In this document: positions 1-9,505 of the stretch, piece by piece
How positions within the stretch are numbered: position 1 is the stretch's first letter
How the letters are laid out: every line of letters begins with the position of its first letter
Source: Fimbriimonadales bacterium
Lineage (GTDB): Bacteria > Armatimonadota > Fimbriimonadia > Fimbriimonadales > ATM1
Reading direction: 5' to 3'
Assembly: GCA_051003155.1 (NCBI GenBank)
Contig: JBPCLO010000026.1
Coordinates: forward strand, 160,001-224,000
Length of the DNA stretch: 64,000 nucleotides
Notes under the pieces: model-generated
The model's database searches: none
What the model saw: the letters and a program-made list of their open reading frames with translations, nothing else
What the model was told of the DNA's origin: nothing
Translations under genes and position numbers: made by a program

Positions 1-190
1 GCACGATCCAAAGCCTACGGAAATCCCTCTTCTTGTTTCTGCGGTCACGAAAAGCGTACTGCCCGCTCTTCATCACCTGTTCGTTGGCAGACTTGAAGTT
101 GTTCTTCTTTCTACCCCAGTACCCTTCTGCTCTTTCGAGTACCTTCTTATGGCGCTTCTTCGCCATCAAACCACGTTTGACACGTGCCAT
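1..190 (-). CDS. rplT: 50S ribosomal protein L20 (runs off window start)
   Basis: Manual translation [65 protein letters not shown]-like GAGGTG at 201-206; absent from ORF track. Confidence 0.96.
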   Translation of the reverse strand, partial: MARVKRGLMAKKRHKKVLERAEGYWGRKKNNFKSANEQVMKSGQYAFRDRRNKKRDFRRLWIV

Positions 191-334
191 TTTGTTCGTA
201 CACCTCGTTTGAATTTACGACCGCATCCCAGCCCGCGACGGGCGGTAACGGTAGAGAGGCGAGAGTATACCCGCGCGGAGCTACACAGACGGCCCATGGA
301 GGGCCGCCGGTCGGCAACGTCTACAGTCTTCGGT

Positions 335-664
335 CTATGCAGTGGCGACGGTACTGCATTCCATTGCGCATCTGCGCGAGGCGCGGGCACATCCTTGGCA
401 TTGCTCCGTGTCGTAACGCTCACACGCCGCGGCGCACCTATCGCAAATTTCCGCGCAGGTCGCGCACATTTCCGGAACGACCGCCGAGCCTGCGTTCATT
501 TCCTTCACGCACTCGGCGCAAGCGCCGGCACATTGACCGCACAGACGCACACAATCCTCCATGCCCGGCGTTCCTTCGCTGGCCGCCGCGCAATCGCGGC
601 AAGCTGCTTCGCATCCCTGACAGGCTTCGATGCATGAGCCGTATTGATGTCCAATGGTTCCCAT
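335..664 (-). CDS. Four-helix-bundle Cys-rich copper storage protein (Csp3/DUF326-like)
   Basis: Repeated CxxxC/CxxC pattern (CIEACQGCEAACRDC...CATCAEICDRCAAAC...CARASRRCAMEC), no signal peptide. Confidence 0.85.
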   Translation of the reverse strand: MGTIGHQYGSCIEACQGCEAACRDCAAASEGTPGMEDCVRLCGQCAGACAECVKEMNAGSAVVPEMCATCAEICDRCAAACERYDTEQCQGCARASRRCAMECSTVATA

Positions 665-675
665 GTCTCGCTCCG

Positions 676-1014
676 TTACTTCGTACCGCCTCCACCGGCG
701 CCGCCACCACGGCGGGCGCCTTGCATTACCGCCTGAAGGTCGGTGTGCGCCAAGACGTTCAAATCCGAAGTACGGACCTTATAGATGTGCCCGCCTTGGT
801 AAATGTAAAGGGCACCGCTGTCCATGAGCATCGAGGCCTGGCCCATGAACATCCCTCGATCCATCATCGGGGGTTGGGGAATCTGCGCCGGCTGTTGGGG
901 AGGGTTCGTTAGAGGGGGTGACTCCTGGGCATTCGCATGCTGGGCGAAGGGGATCGCCAGTGCGCCCACTCCGAGTGCGGTGGCTGCGATGAGCGTTGCT
1001 TTGCTGTTTAACAT
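676..1014 (-). CDS. Small secreted hypothetical protein
   Basis: Signal peptide ending ANA, P/Q-rich linker, short beta-rich domain; AAAGGAG SD upstream. Confidence 0.7.
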   Translation of the reverse strand: MLNSKATLIAATALGVGALAIPFAQHANAQESPPLTNPPQQPAQIPQPPMMDRGMFMGQASMLMDSGALYIYQGGHIYKVRTSDLNVLAHTDLQAVMQGARRGGGAGGGGTK

Positions 1015-1127
1015 TGTTGGCTCCTTTCTTGCATTACTTCTTTGCGCAATACCCTTTGAACGCCGCTCGCGCCCTTCTCGTTGCCCTTAGGGAACATTCG
1101 AGCTTCACAATTAGGTACAAATCGAAC

Positions 1128-3629
1128 ATGCGAGCTGCGCTAGCGGTGTGGTTTCTTTTCCCTGTTTCAACGTCATTCGCCGCCTCGATCGAAGACGTCC
1201 TGCGGCCGTTCGCCTTCCGTTCGCTCGGACCGGCAGTGACGGGTGGCCGGATCGTCGACATCGAGGCGCACCCGTCGAAGCCGTATACCATTTATGCTGC
1301 CTCTGCCTCCGGTGGGGTATGGAAAACGACCAATAACGGAACTACCTGGACGCCCATTTTCGACGACCAGGAATCGTTCAGCATCGGCGACATAGCAATC
1401 GCTCAGACCGACCCGAAGATCGTGTGGGTGGGGACCGGCGAACACAACAACCAACGGAGCGCACACTACGGGGACGGTGTGTATAAGTCCATAGACGGTG
1501 GCAAAACATGGACGAATATGGGCCTCATGGAAAGCCTCCATATCGGCCGGATTGCAATCGACCCCCAGGATCCGAGCATCGTCTATGTAGCGGCGATCGG
1601 ACCACTCTACAAGGGGGGCGGCGAACGCGGGGTTTACAAAACTACCAACGGCGGGAATACTTGGGCTTTGGTTTTAAAGGGGGCCAACGAAACGACTGGC
1701 TTCATCGACATCGCGCAGGACCCGGAGGATCGCAACGTGCTCTACGCAGCCGCCTACGACCGCCTGCGCCGTGCCTGGAACATCAGGGACAACGGACCCG
1801 GTTCTGGTATTTGGAAGTCCAAGGATTCCGGTAAAACCTGGACAAGAATGACCAACGGCTTCCCCGTCGGTGATCGCAACGGACGGATCGGTATAACGAT
1901 CTATCCGAAGGACCCGAAGATCGTTTACGCGACCCTCGACAATCAAGCGCCGGGCAAGCAGATCGAGATTTACCGAACGAACGACGCCGGCGCGTCTTGG
2001 AAGAAAGTCAACGCGGGCCGCGCCGACGGCAGCTACTACTATGGCCAGATCCGCGTCGATCCGAATAACCCTGAGAGGGTCTATGTTTTGGGAGTCAGCT
2101 TTCTGCGCAGCGATGACGGGGGAAAGAAGTACACCCCCCTAGCGCGGGGGGTGCACGTAGATCACCACGCGCTCTGGATCGATCCGAACAATTCCGAGCG
2201 GCTGCTTTTAGGCAACGATGGCGGCATGTACATCAGCCACGATGCCGGCGAGACCTTTGCCTTCATCAACAACCTACCGATTCCGCAGTTCTATGCTGTT
2301 GGCGTCGATAATTCCGTTCCCTATAACGTGATGGGCGGACTGCAGGATAACGGCGTTTGGCATGGCCCTTCGCGGACTCGCGACCGCCGAGGTATCTCGA
2401 ATAACGACTGGCGATCGATCTACGGAGGGGACGGATTCTACACCGTGCCCGACGCTGAAGACCCCTACACCGTCTACACGTCCTCGCAGTTCGGAGGGGT
2501 CGGAAGAGTCGACGTAAAGACGGGCCAGACGAGGGGCATCAAGCCTCGAGAAGAAAAGATACGCAGCAACTGGATGGCTCCGTTTATGACCTCGCCGCAC
2601 AACTCTCGAATCATTTATTGGGGCGGGAACATGTTATTCCGGAGCCTCGATCGTGGAGATAGCTGGACCGCGATCAGCACCGACCTCACGACCAAAAACG
2701 CTGAAAAAATCAAGGGCAACGTACCTCACTGCACGATTACCACGATCGACGAGTCGCCGGTCAGGCCCGGCGTCCTTTGGGTGGGAACGGACGATGGAAA
2801 CGTATGGGTTTCCGAAAACGGAGGGGTCGCTTGGAATCAAGTGAACGCGAAGATGCCTGGAGCGCCGAAAGAATGGTGGGTTAGCAGGGTCTTCGCATCA
2901 TCTCACGATGCCGGCACGGCGTTCGTATCCTACACGGGTTTTCGAGAGGAAGATTTTACGCCATACCTGTACAAAACAACTGACTTCGGGAAAACCTGGA
3001 CGTCCCTTTCCAAAAACCTTCCAAAGGAGCAGGTATCGGTGGTCAAGCAAGACACGATCAACCCGAACCTGCTTGTTGTGGGTACCGAAGAGGGCTGCCA
3101 AGTCAGCCTGAACGGCGGCATGGATTGGCACAAGCTGGGCAACGGTCTGCCTAAGGCGACGCCTGTGCAAGACCTCTTGATCCATCCCCGAGAAGGCGAT
3201 CTCGTGATCGGGACACACGGGCGTGGGGTCTACATCGTAAACATTAGTCCGCTGCGCCAGCTGAAAAAGGAGATTCTGGACAAGTACATCCACATCTTCG
3301 CACCGGATAGGGCGTTGGCGACGGCCTTTCGAGGCAGCATGTTCGATTCGTTCGCCGGCCAGAGCCGATTTGTGGCGCCCAATCCCGAGAACGGAGCAAC
3401 GATTGCTTACTACCTCAGGTCGGCCGAAGGAGGCGACGTCAAAATCGAGATACTCGGCCCGGACGGCGGCGTGCTCGATGAGCCTAAGGGGACGAAGAAC
3501 GCGGGCGTAAACTTGGTGCACTGGAATATGCGATCGGGCGGAGAGACGTTAGGTGCGGGCAGCTATGCGGTGCGGATCACCCGTGACGGGAAGTCGGAGA
3601 CTTCCGTGCTGCAAGTCCAGACCTGGTAG
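1128..3629 (+). CDS. VPS10/BNR(Asp-box)-repeat beta-propeller protein (glycosyl hydrolase-like)
   Basis: FRSLGPAVTGGRI start, many SxDGGxTW Asp-boxes; start moved to ATG 1128 which gives a signal peptide. Confidence 0.88.
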   Translation: MRAALAVWFLFPVSTSFAASIEDVLRPFAFRSLGPAVTGGRIVDIEAHPSKPYTIYAASASGGVWKTTNNGTTWTPIFDDQESFSIGDIAIAQTDPKIVWVGTGEHNNQRSAHYGDGVYKSIDGGKTWTNMGLMESLHIGRIAIDPQDPSIVYVAAIGPLYKGGGERGVYKTTNGGNTWALVLKGANETTGFIDIAQDPEDRNVLYAAAYDRLRRAWNIRDNGPGSGIWKSKDSGKTWTRMTNGFPVGDRNGRIGITIYPKDPKIVYATLDNQAPGKQIEIYRTNDAGASWKKVNAGRADGSYYYGQIRVDPNNPERVYVLGVSFLRSDDGGKKYTPLARGVHVDHHALWIDPNNSERLLLGNDGGMYISHDAGETFAFINNLPIPQFYAVGVDNSVPYNVMGGLQDNGVWHGPSRTRDRRGISNNDWRSIYGGDGFYTVPDAEDPYTVYTSSQFGGVGRVDVKTGQTRGIKPREEKIRSNWMAPFMTSPHNSRIIYWGGNMLFRSLDRGDSWTAISTDLTTKNAEKIKGNVPHCTITTIDESPVRPGVLWVGTDDGNVWVSENGGVAWNQVNAKMPGAPKEWWVSRVFASSHDAGTAFVSYTGFREEDFTPYLYKTTDFGKTWTSLSKNLPKEQVSVVKQDTINPNLLVVGTEEGCQVSLNGGMDWHKLGNGLPKATPVQDLLIHPREGDLVIGTHGRGVYIVNISPLRQLKKEILDKYIHIFAPDRALATAFRGSMFDSFAGQSRFVAPNPENGATIAYYLRSAEGGDVKIEILGPDGGVLDEPKGTKNAGVNLVHWNMRSGGETLGAGSYAVRITRDGKSETSVLQVQTW

Positions 3630-3660
3630 AACGCGAAGCGACGGCTATAATCTGCGCCGT

Positions 3661-5370
3661 ATGCGCGCAAGTCGGATGTTTCTCCCCACGCTTCGTGAAG
3701 CCCCGGCGGACGCCGAGCTCCGGAGCCATGCGCTGCTCGTCAGGGGCGGCTTCATCAAGAGGCTGTCCGCGGGTGTTTACGTCTACCTGCCCCTCGGGCT
3801 AAAGGTGCTGAATAAGGTCGCCAAAATCGTGCGCGACGAAGCGAACAAGGCCGGGTGCGTCGAGCTGCTCATGCCGACGCTGATCCCGTTCGAGCTCCTG
3901 GAGGAGACCGGCCGCGATAAGGTCGCTGTTCTTTACAAGACGACTGACCGGACAGAGCGCAATTTCGCGCTCGGATTTACGCATGAGGAGGTCATCACCG
4001 ACGTCGTGCGCACGTTTGTTCACAGTTATCGGCAAATGCCGCTCTGCCTCTATCAAATTCAAACCAAGTTCCGAGATGAAACTCGGCCGCGCGGCGGATT
4101 AATTCGCGGCAAAGAATTTACGATGTTCGACGCGTATAGCTTCGACGCTACGGAAGCCGACGTCGACAAGATATACCGACAAATGCGTGCCGCCTACGAA
4201 AACATGTTCAAGCGGATGGGCCTTATGGTTCTCGTTTGCGAGGCGGAGTCAGGTGACATTGGCGGTTCCGACAATCATGAGTTTATGGTGATCGCGCCAG
4301 CCGGTGAAGACAGCGTTCTTCTCGATGAAACGACCGGAATCGCAGCCAACGCCGAAAGGTGCGACATCGGCGGGCAGTATCCCCAAGCCGCAGAGTGCGA
4401 CCGAAAGGCGGAACTTGTGGACACTACGGACGCGCGCACAGTAGCGGAAGTGACTTCCCTGCTCGGCGTCGCCGCGGACAAGCTGGTAAAAACGCTCCTG
4501 GTCAATGCCGGCGAACGGAAGGTTGCTGCGCTTGTGCGCGGAGACCGAGAACTGAATCCGTTCAAGCTCGCGAGGCGGCTAAAAGTCGATAAGGTCGAAA
4601 TGATGAGCCTCGACGAGGTGCGTTCGATTACAAGCGCGGACGTGGGCTTCGCGGGACCGATCGGCTTACAAGGCTGTGAATTGGTCGCCGACCAAGAAAT
4701 TCGTTCTCTGTCCGATTTTGTCGTTGGCGCCAACAAGAACGACAAGCACTATATTCACGTCTGCCACGGCAGGGATTTTGCGATCGGTGCGTTCGAGGAT
4801 ATTCGAATAGCAGTGGACGGCGACCCGGCGGTGAATGGCGGAACACTGAGCGAGGTGCGTGGCATAGAGGTTGGGCACATTTTCAAGCTCGGCACGAAAT
4901 ACAGCACCTCGATGGGCGCCACGTTCGACGACGGCGCGGGCAAAACTGACCCAATTCTGATGGGTTGCTACGGTCTGGGTATAGGGCGTTCGATGCAATC
5001 CGTCGCGGAGGTTTCGAACGACGACAACGGCCTGATTTGGCCTATGTCGATCGCCCCATATGAGGCGGTAATCATTTTGGTTAGCGGCGAAGACGAGACG
5101 CAAAAGGCCGCAGCCGAAGGTCTTTACACCGACCTTATTCGCGCGGGAATCGACGTGTTACTCGACGACCGGACCGATAGGCCGGGGTCGAAGTTCAAAG
5201 ATGCCGACCTGCTCGGCATTCCGCTCAGAATCGTATGCGGCCGAGGCGTTACCGATGGGAAACTCGAGATCAAGTGGCGCGACGAAAGGGACACCGTTGA
5301 AATCGAATTGGCAGAAGCATGGACTGTCGTCGGCGGCCTTATAGACGAGAAGCGCAGAGAATTCTGTTAG
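3661..5370 (+). CDS. proS: Proline--tRNA ligase
   Basis: PTLREAPADAELRSH, FRDETRPRGGLIRGKEF, GIEVGHIFKLGTKYS, MGCYGLG, editing insertion. Confidence 0.97.
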   Translation: MRASRMFLPTLREAPADAELRSHALLVRGGFIKRLSAGVYVYLPLGLKVLNKVAKIVRDEANKAGCVELLMPTLIPFELLEETGRDKVAVLYKTTDRTERNFALGFTHEEVITDVVRTFVHSYRQMPLCLYQIQTKFRDETRPRGGLIRGKEFTMFDAYSFDATEADVDKIYRQMRAAYENMFKRMGLMVLVCEAESGDIGGSDNHEFMVIAPAGEDSVLLDETTGIAANAERCDIGGQYPQAAECDRKAELVDTTDARTVAEVTSLLGVAADKLVKTLLVNAGERKVAALVRGDRELNPFKLARRLKVDKVEMMSLDEVRSITSADVGFAGPIGLQGCELVADQEIRSLSDFVVGANKNDKHYIHVCHGRDFAIGAFEDIRIAVDGDPAVNGGTLSEVRGIEVGHIFKLGTKYSTSMGATFDDGAGKTDPILMGCYGLGIGRSMQSVAEVSNDDNGLIWPMSIAPYEAVIILVSGEDETQKAAAEGLYTDLIRAGIDVLLDDRTDRPGSKFKDADLLGIPLRIVCGRGVTDGKLEIKWRDERDTVEIELAEAWTVVGGLIDEKRREFC

Positions 5371-5373
5371 CCC

Positions 5374-6174
5374 ATGCCATTCGCGCGTAAATTCGTGGCA
5401 TTCGTGTCCATTTATTGGCAGGAAACACTCGCGTACCGCGCGGCCACGGTCATATGGATACTTGCGGACACGCAAACCGCCCTAATAATGCCAATGGTGT
5501 GGCTCTCCGCATTCGGTGGAGCCGACCAGATTTTTGGAATGACCCCGAATGTACTGGTGACCTACTATCTAGCTACCCTCTTTCTCGGCCAGTTTATTGT
5601 ATGCCACCTGCTGTGGGATATCGCATGGGATATTCGAGAGGGAATGTTGACGACGCAGATGCTGCGGCCATTTTCCATCTTCTGGATGAATGTTGCGCGC
5701 AATCTAGCATGGCGCATCGTTAAGATAGTCTTCTTCTTTCCTTTTCTGATTATCTTTTTGTTGGCCTATAGCAGTTACTTGGGAGGCGTTCCCCTCCACA
5801 TTTCGCCAGAGTTTGTACTCACCGTTTTTCTTGGCCATGCGCTCAGTTTCTTGGTCGCAAACTCGATCGCTCTCCTCTCGTTGTGGACCACTGAGTTTCA
5901 AAGCGTTTTCAGCCTCTATTATTTTCCCGAATCGATCTTGAGCGGCCGCGTCGTGCCTCTCGACTCGCTCCCGCCGTGGATCGTGACGATCGGTAACTTC
6001 TTGCCTTTTCAATTCACCGTGTCCGTTCCTGCGAACGCCCTGCTCGGCAGGCTCTCCCAAGCTGAGTTACGCCAATCGATTTGGTTCCAACTCTGCTGGA
6101 TCATCGTTTTTGCGTTCCTCGGCAAAGTGCTGTTCCAGCGGGGCACAAGGCAATACACGGGCTTTGGCAATTGA
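5374..6174 (+). CDS. ABC-2 family transporter permease (DUF990-like)
   Basis: Multiple TM helices, LAYRA, DIREGML...LRPFS, LSGRVVPL, YTGFGN end. Confidence 0.85.
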   Translation: MPFARKFVAFVSIYWQETLAYRAATVIWILADTQTALIMPMVWLSAFGGADQIFGMTPNVLVTYYLATLFLGQFIVCHLLWDIAWDIREGMLTTQMLRPFSIFWMNVARNLAWRIVKIVFFFPFLIIFLLAYSSYLGGVPLHISPEFVLTVFLGHALSFLVANSIALLSLWTTEFQSVFSLYYFPESILSGRVVPLDSLPPWIVTIGNFLPFQFTVSVPANALLGRLSQAELRQSIWFQLCWIIVFAFLGKVLFQRGTRQYTGFGN

Positions 6175-6992
6175 GTAGTCTTCCGGGCGTGGCTGCCCTG
6201 CTCAGAAAATGGTATGCGTTGATTAGCATCTATGCGCAAGAGGGCCTGGCCTACCGCGCTAACGGCTTCATTTGGATCCTAACCGATACGGTCCCCGCGA
6301 TGATTATGCCGCTCGTGTTTATTGCTTCGTCAAAGGTCTCCGGCGAGATTGGTGGATATTCCGACGTCCAGATTGTTCAGTACTACTTGGCGATGCTGGT
6401 CATCACGAACTTCATCACCTGCCACCTTATGTGGGAACTTGCCTTCGAGATCAAAGAAGGCGTTTTTACGACAAATTTATTGCGTCCGGTCAGTTATTTT
6501 CAAGTGTGCGCAATCCGCAACGTGGTATGGCGTGTTCTGAGGCTTTTGTATTTTATTCCGGCGCTCGTCGTGCTGCTTTTCTTTTATAGGCACTATTTAA
6601 CTGGCGGGCCGGTCTATCTTGGATGGGAGACCTGGGCTTCGATTCTTTTGGGCCACTTCGTGAGCTTTTCGCTGGCTTATATGCTCACGATGCTCGCCTT
6701 GGTTTTACAGGAAACGCGGAGTATTTTCGAGCTTTATTATTTTCCGATGCTTTTCTTGTCGGGGCAAATGTTTCCCGTGTATCTCATGCCGGATTGGATT
6801 GTCACCCTAGCAAAGGCACTTCCATTCTATTACACAACTGCATTGCCGCTCGATATCATGCTGCATCGTCTCGAACCTTCCGCGTCTATCGGGCCAATGC
6901 TCATCCAGGCCGCCTGGATCGCCGGACACCTCTTTGGAGCTCGCATACTTTGGGGTATGGGGCTTAAGAGTTACGCCGCCGTCGGCATGTAG
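6171..6992 (+). CDS. ABC-2 family transporter permease (paralog of upstream gene)
   Basis: LAYRA, EIKEGVF...LLRPVS, LSGQMFP, YAAVGM end; TTG start overlapping the upstream stop is assumed. Confidence 0.85.
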   Translation: MSSLPGVAALLRKWYALISIYAQEGLAYRANGFIWILTDTVPAMIMPLVFIASSKVSGEIGGYSDVQIVQYYLAMLVITNFITCHLMWELAFEIKEGVFTTNLLRPVSYFQVCAIRNVVWRVLRLLYFIPALVVLLFFYRHYLTGGPVYLGWETWASILLGHFVSFSLAYMLTMLALVLQETRSIFELYYFPMLFLSGQMFPVYLMPDWIVTLAKALPFYYTTALPLDIMLHRLEPSASIGPMLIQAAWIAGHLFGARILWGMGLKSYAAVGM

Positions 6993-6994
6993 GA

Positions 6995-8527
6995 TCAAGG
7001 GTCGACAAACAGCGTTTTGTCATGGGAGAGCATGACCAGCCCGGGCGCCGCCTTTCTTGGCTTTCGAACGTGCTTGGCGAAAGTGTAGCTGACCGGGACG
7101 TGGTTGGCGTGCTTCTGGCTGCTTTGGCGCGCGGCCACCCTCGCTGCGAACAGTAGGGTGTCCATCTGGACGCGCTCCGGCTTGTTTTGCGTCTGCAGAA
7201 TGACGTGGGATCCGCCGGCTCCCCGCACGTGCAGCCAGTAGTCGTTGGGTTTGGCGATGCGGGTCAAGTAGTCGTTGCTGGTCGCGTTCTCTCCCCAAAG
7301 GATTTTGTGCCCGCTCGGCGCGGCCGTCTCTCTGATCTTGTGCCCGGCGTATGGCCGCTCCTCTTTTGGGACGTCCGAATGGGGTGCATTTTCACGGAGC
7401 CATCCCTGTGAAATTGCTTTGGCTGAGATTTCGCCGATAACGTCGGGTTCCACAGAATCGAGGCGGTCGATCATGCCCCGCAATTCATCGAGCTCAGCCC
7501 GCATGCGCTCGGTGCGCGCCCCAACGATCGACGCGGCGTTCTTTGCTTTTTTGGCCTTGGTAAAGAGTCGTTCGGCGTTTTCCACGGCGCTCAGTTTCGG
7601 GTTTAGTTTGATTACGACCGGAGTACCGTCGTAATCGTGCGCCTCGAAAACGTGTGCTTCAGGCGGTATCGCGCGCACGTTCGAGAGCAGTATCTCCCCC
7701 TGCATTTGCAAGTACCTCGCCCTCGCAGCGGTGTCGAGGACACTTTCCATCTGCTTGACCGCGGACGCTCGGGAGTCGTGGGCACGCTGCAGCTGTCCCT
7801 TCAGAGCTTTGGCCCGCTGCTCAGCCAATTCGATTGGAACGAGCCACTCATAGTGTTTCTCGAGGGCCGCGCTAAGGCTGCCCATCGGCACCGCAGCCTT
7901 AGCGTCCAGTTGCGATGGCAAGAAACCATACGCTCCGACAGACGGCACCCAGACCGCGTTTCCCTCTCCTGCGAGCGCCAGTACTTTGTCCTTGCCGCTA
8001 AGCCTAACCTCTTCCTCCAGGAACTTCGAGAGGCCGCTTCGCTCTTCTATCGCTTCGGCAAGATCGCGCCGGACGCCAATCGAGATTTTTTCTTCGATGC
8101 GCCTTAATCTGTTGATCGATCTCCCGTTCGGCTCTTTGAGGTAGAAGTTCGACCGGCTTCCGATTAGATCGCAAACCAGCCGGCACGAGACTTCGTCCCC
8201 GTGCTGAGCGTCGATCGCGAACCTTCGATCGAAACCCAACTGACGAACTGCGCCGATCTGGGCTCCGTCGAACCGTGCCCGCATCAACCTGCCGAATGGC
8301 CCTACGTCGCCGGCTCCTGGCGTCATGGATGTCAGGTGCACTCGGTAGAAGCGTGGGTCCGCTGAAATCAGCAGTCGAAGCTCGTTGTCCCCCCGACCCA
8401 GTTTTATGACCAGTGTGCTCTCCTCAGGCTGCCAAATCCGGTTCACGTACAGCCCGACCGTTGGCTGCAGTTCGCGGCAGACCAACATCAAGGAGAGGCT
8501 ATCGAAAGGAATCCTGGCATCCGGCAC
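6995..8527 (-). CDS. rqcH: Rqc2/NFACT (FbpA) family ribosome quality-control protein
   Basis: IPFD start, QLGFDR, LSAVENAERLFTKAKK, C-terminal NDYL...WLHVRGAGGSHVIL NFACT-R domain; start set at GTG 8527. Confidence 0.9.
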   Translation of the reverse strand: MPDARIPFDSLSLMLVCRELQPTVGLYVNRIWQPEESTLVIKLGRGDNELRLLISADPRFYRVHLTSMTPGAGDVGPFGRLMRARFDGAQIGAVRQLGFDRRFAIDAQHGDEVSCRLVCDLIGSRSNFYLKEPNGRSINRLRRIEEKISIGVRRDLAEAIEERSGLSKFLEEEVRLSGKDKVLALAGEGNAVWVPSVGAYGFLPSQLDAKAAVPMGSLSAALEKHYEWLVPIELAEQRAKALKGQLQRAHDSRASAVKQMESVLDTAARARYLQMQGEILLSNVRAIPPEAHVFEAHDYDGTPVVIKLNPKLSAVENAERLFTKAKKAKNAASIVGARTERMRAELDELRGMIDRLDSVEPDVIGEISAKAISQGWLRENAPHSDVPKEERPYAGHKIRETAAPSGHKILWGENATSNDYLTRIAKPNDYWLHVRGAGGSHVILQTQNKPERVQMDTLLFAARVAARQSSQKHANHVPVSYTFAKHVRKPRKAAPGLVMLSHDKTLFVDP

Positions 8528-8564
8528 GTCTCGAAATGCTACCGGGAAACGGTAAAATCGCACC

Positions 8565-9437
8565 ATGGGAAAACTCGTTTGGCTGAACGGTGAAGTTCAG
8601 GAACTCGACAGCGCCGTCGTTCCCGCCGCAGACCACGCTCACCTCTATGGCGACGGTCTCTTCGAAGGAATACGAATCTACGATCGCAAGATTTTCAAGC
8701 TGGATCAGCACTTGGGTCGCCTCTATGACGGAATCCGATACCTCGGGTTCGAGATGCAGATTTCACGGGCCGAGTTCAAGGAAATCATCCTCGACACTTG
8801 CAAAAGGGCCGAAATCGATGCCGGCTACATCAGACTCAACGTCACCCGCGGCACCGGCCTCGGCCTCGATCCCCGCAACATCAACCGTCAGCCGAGCGTC
8901 ATGGTCATGGTGAGTTCGCTCGCCCTGTATCCGCCGGAGGCCTACGAGGTCGGCCTCAAAGCGGTTACGGTCAGCACGAGGGTTATCCCGCCTCAGTGTC
9001 TAGACCCGCGGCTGAAGACGATCGGGCGATATGTGTCCAATATTTACGCAAAGATGGAAGCCAACCGGCAAGGCGCAGGCGAGGGCATCATGCTCAACAC
9101 CGAAGGCTATCTAGCCGAAGCCACGGGCGACAACGTCTTCCTAATTCGTGACGGTGTGATCCGCACCCCGCACATTAGCTGCGGGATACTCGGCGGAATA
9201 ACTCGCCAGGCCGTAATCGACCTTGCTCGTGAGGAAGGCGTTATCGTTCAAGAGGAGTTTATGACCCTCTACGACCTCTTCAGCGCGGACGAAGCTTTCC
9301 TAACCGGAACGGCTGCGGAAGTCATTCCACTTATCAGCCTCGACAATAAGAAAATAGGTTGTGGGACGCCCGGCGAAATCACTGGCCGCATGATGGGCCT
9401 GTTCCGGCAGGCAACAAAGATCGGCGACGCCTTTTAG
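8565..9437 (+). CDS. ilvE: Branched-chain amino acid aminotransferase
   Basis: LYGDGLFEGIR, EATGDNVF, LGGITR, ADEAFLTGTAAEV. Confidence 0.93.
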   Translation: MGKLVWLNGEVQELDSAVVPAADHAHLYGDGLFEGIRIYDRKIFKLDQHLGRLYDGIRYLGFEMQISRAEFKEIILDTCKRAEIDAGYIRLNVTRGTGLGLDPRNINRQPSVMVMVSSLALYPPEAYEVGLKAVTVSTRVIPPQCLDPRLKTIGRYVSNIYAKMEANRQGAGEGIMLNTEGYLAEATGDNVFLIRDGVIRTPHISCGILGGITRQAVIDLAREEGVIVQEEFMTLYDLFSADEAFLTGTAAEVIPLISLDNKKIGCGTPGEITGRMMGLFRQATKIGDAF

Positions 9438-9505
9438 ATTTTGCGCCGCACAGAACGAAGTACCTACATAGGACGTCCATAATGGAAAGTAACGGGAGGC
9501 AACTC

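Noticed and set aside
149..912. Plus-strand ORFs at the window start, and similar shadow ORFs throughout
   Set aside because: Antisense or off-frame to well-supported genes, as expected in GC-rich DNA
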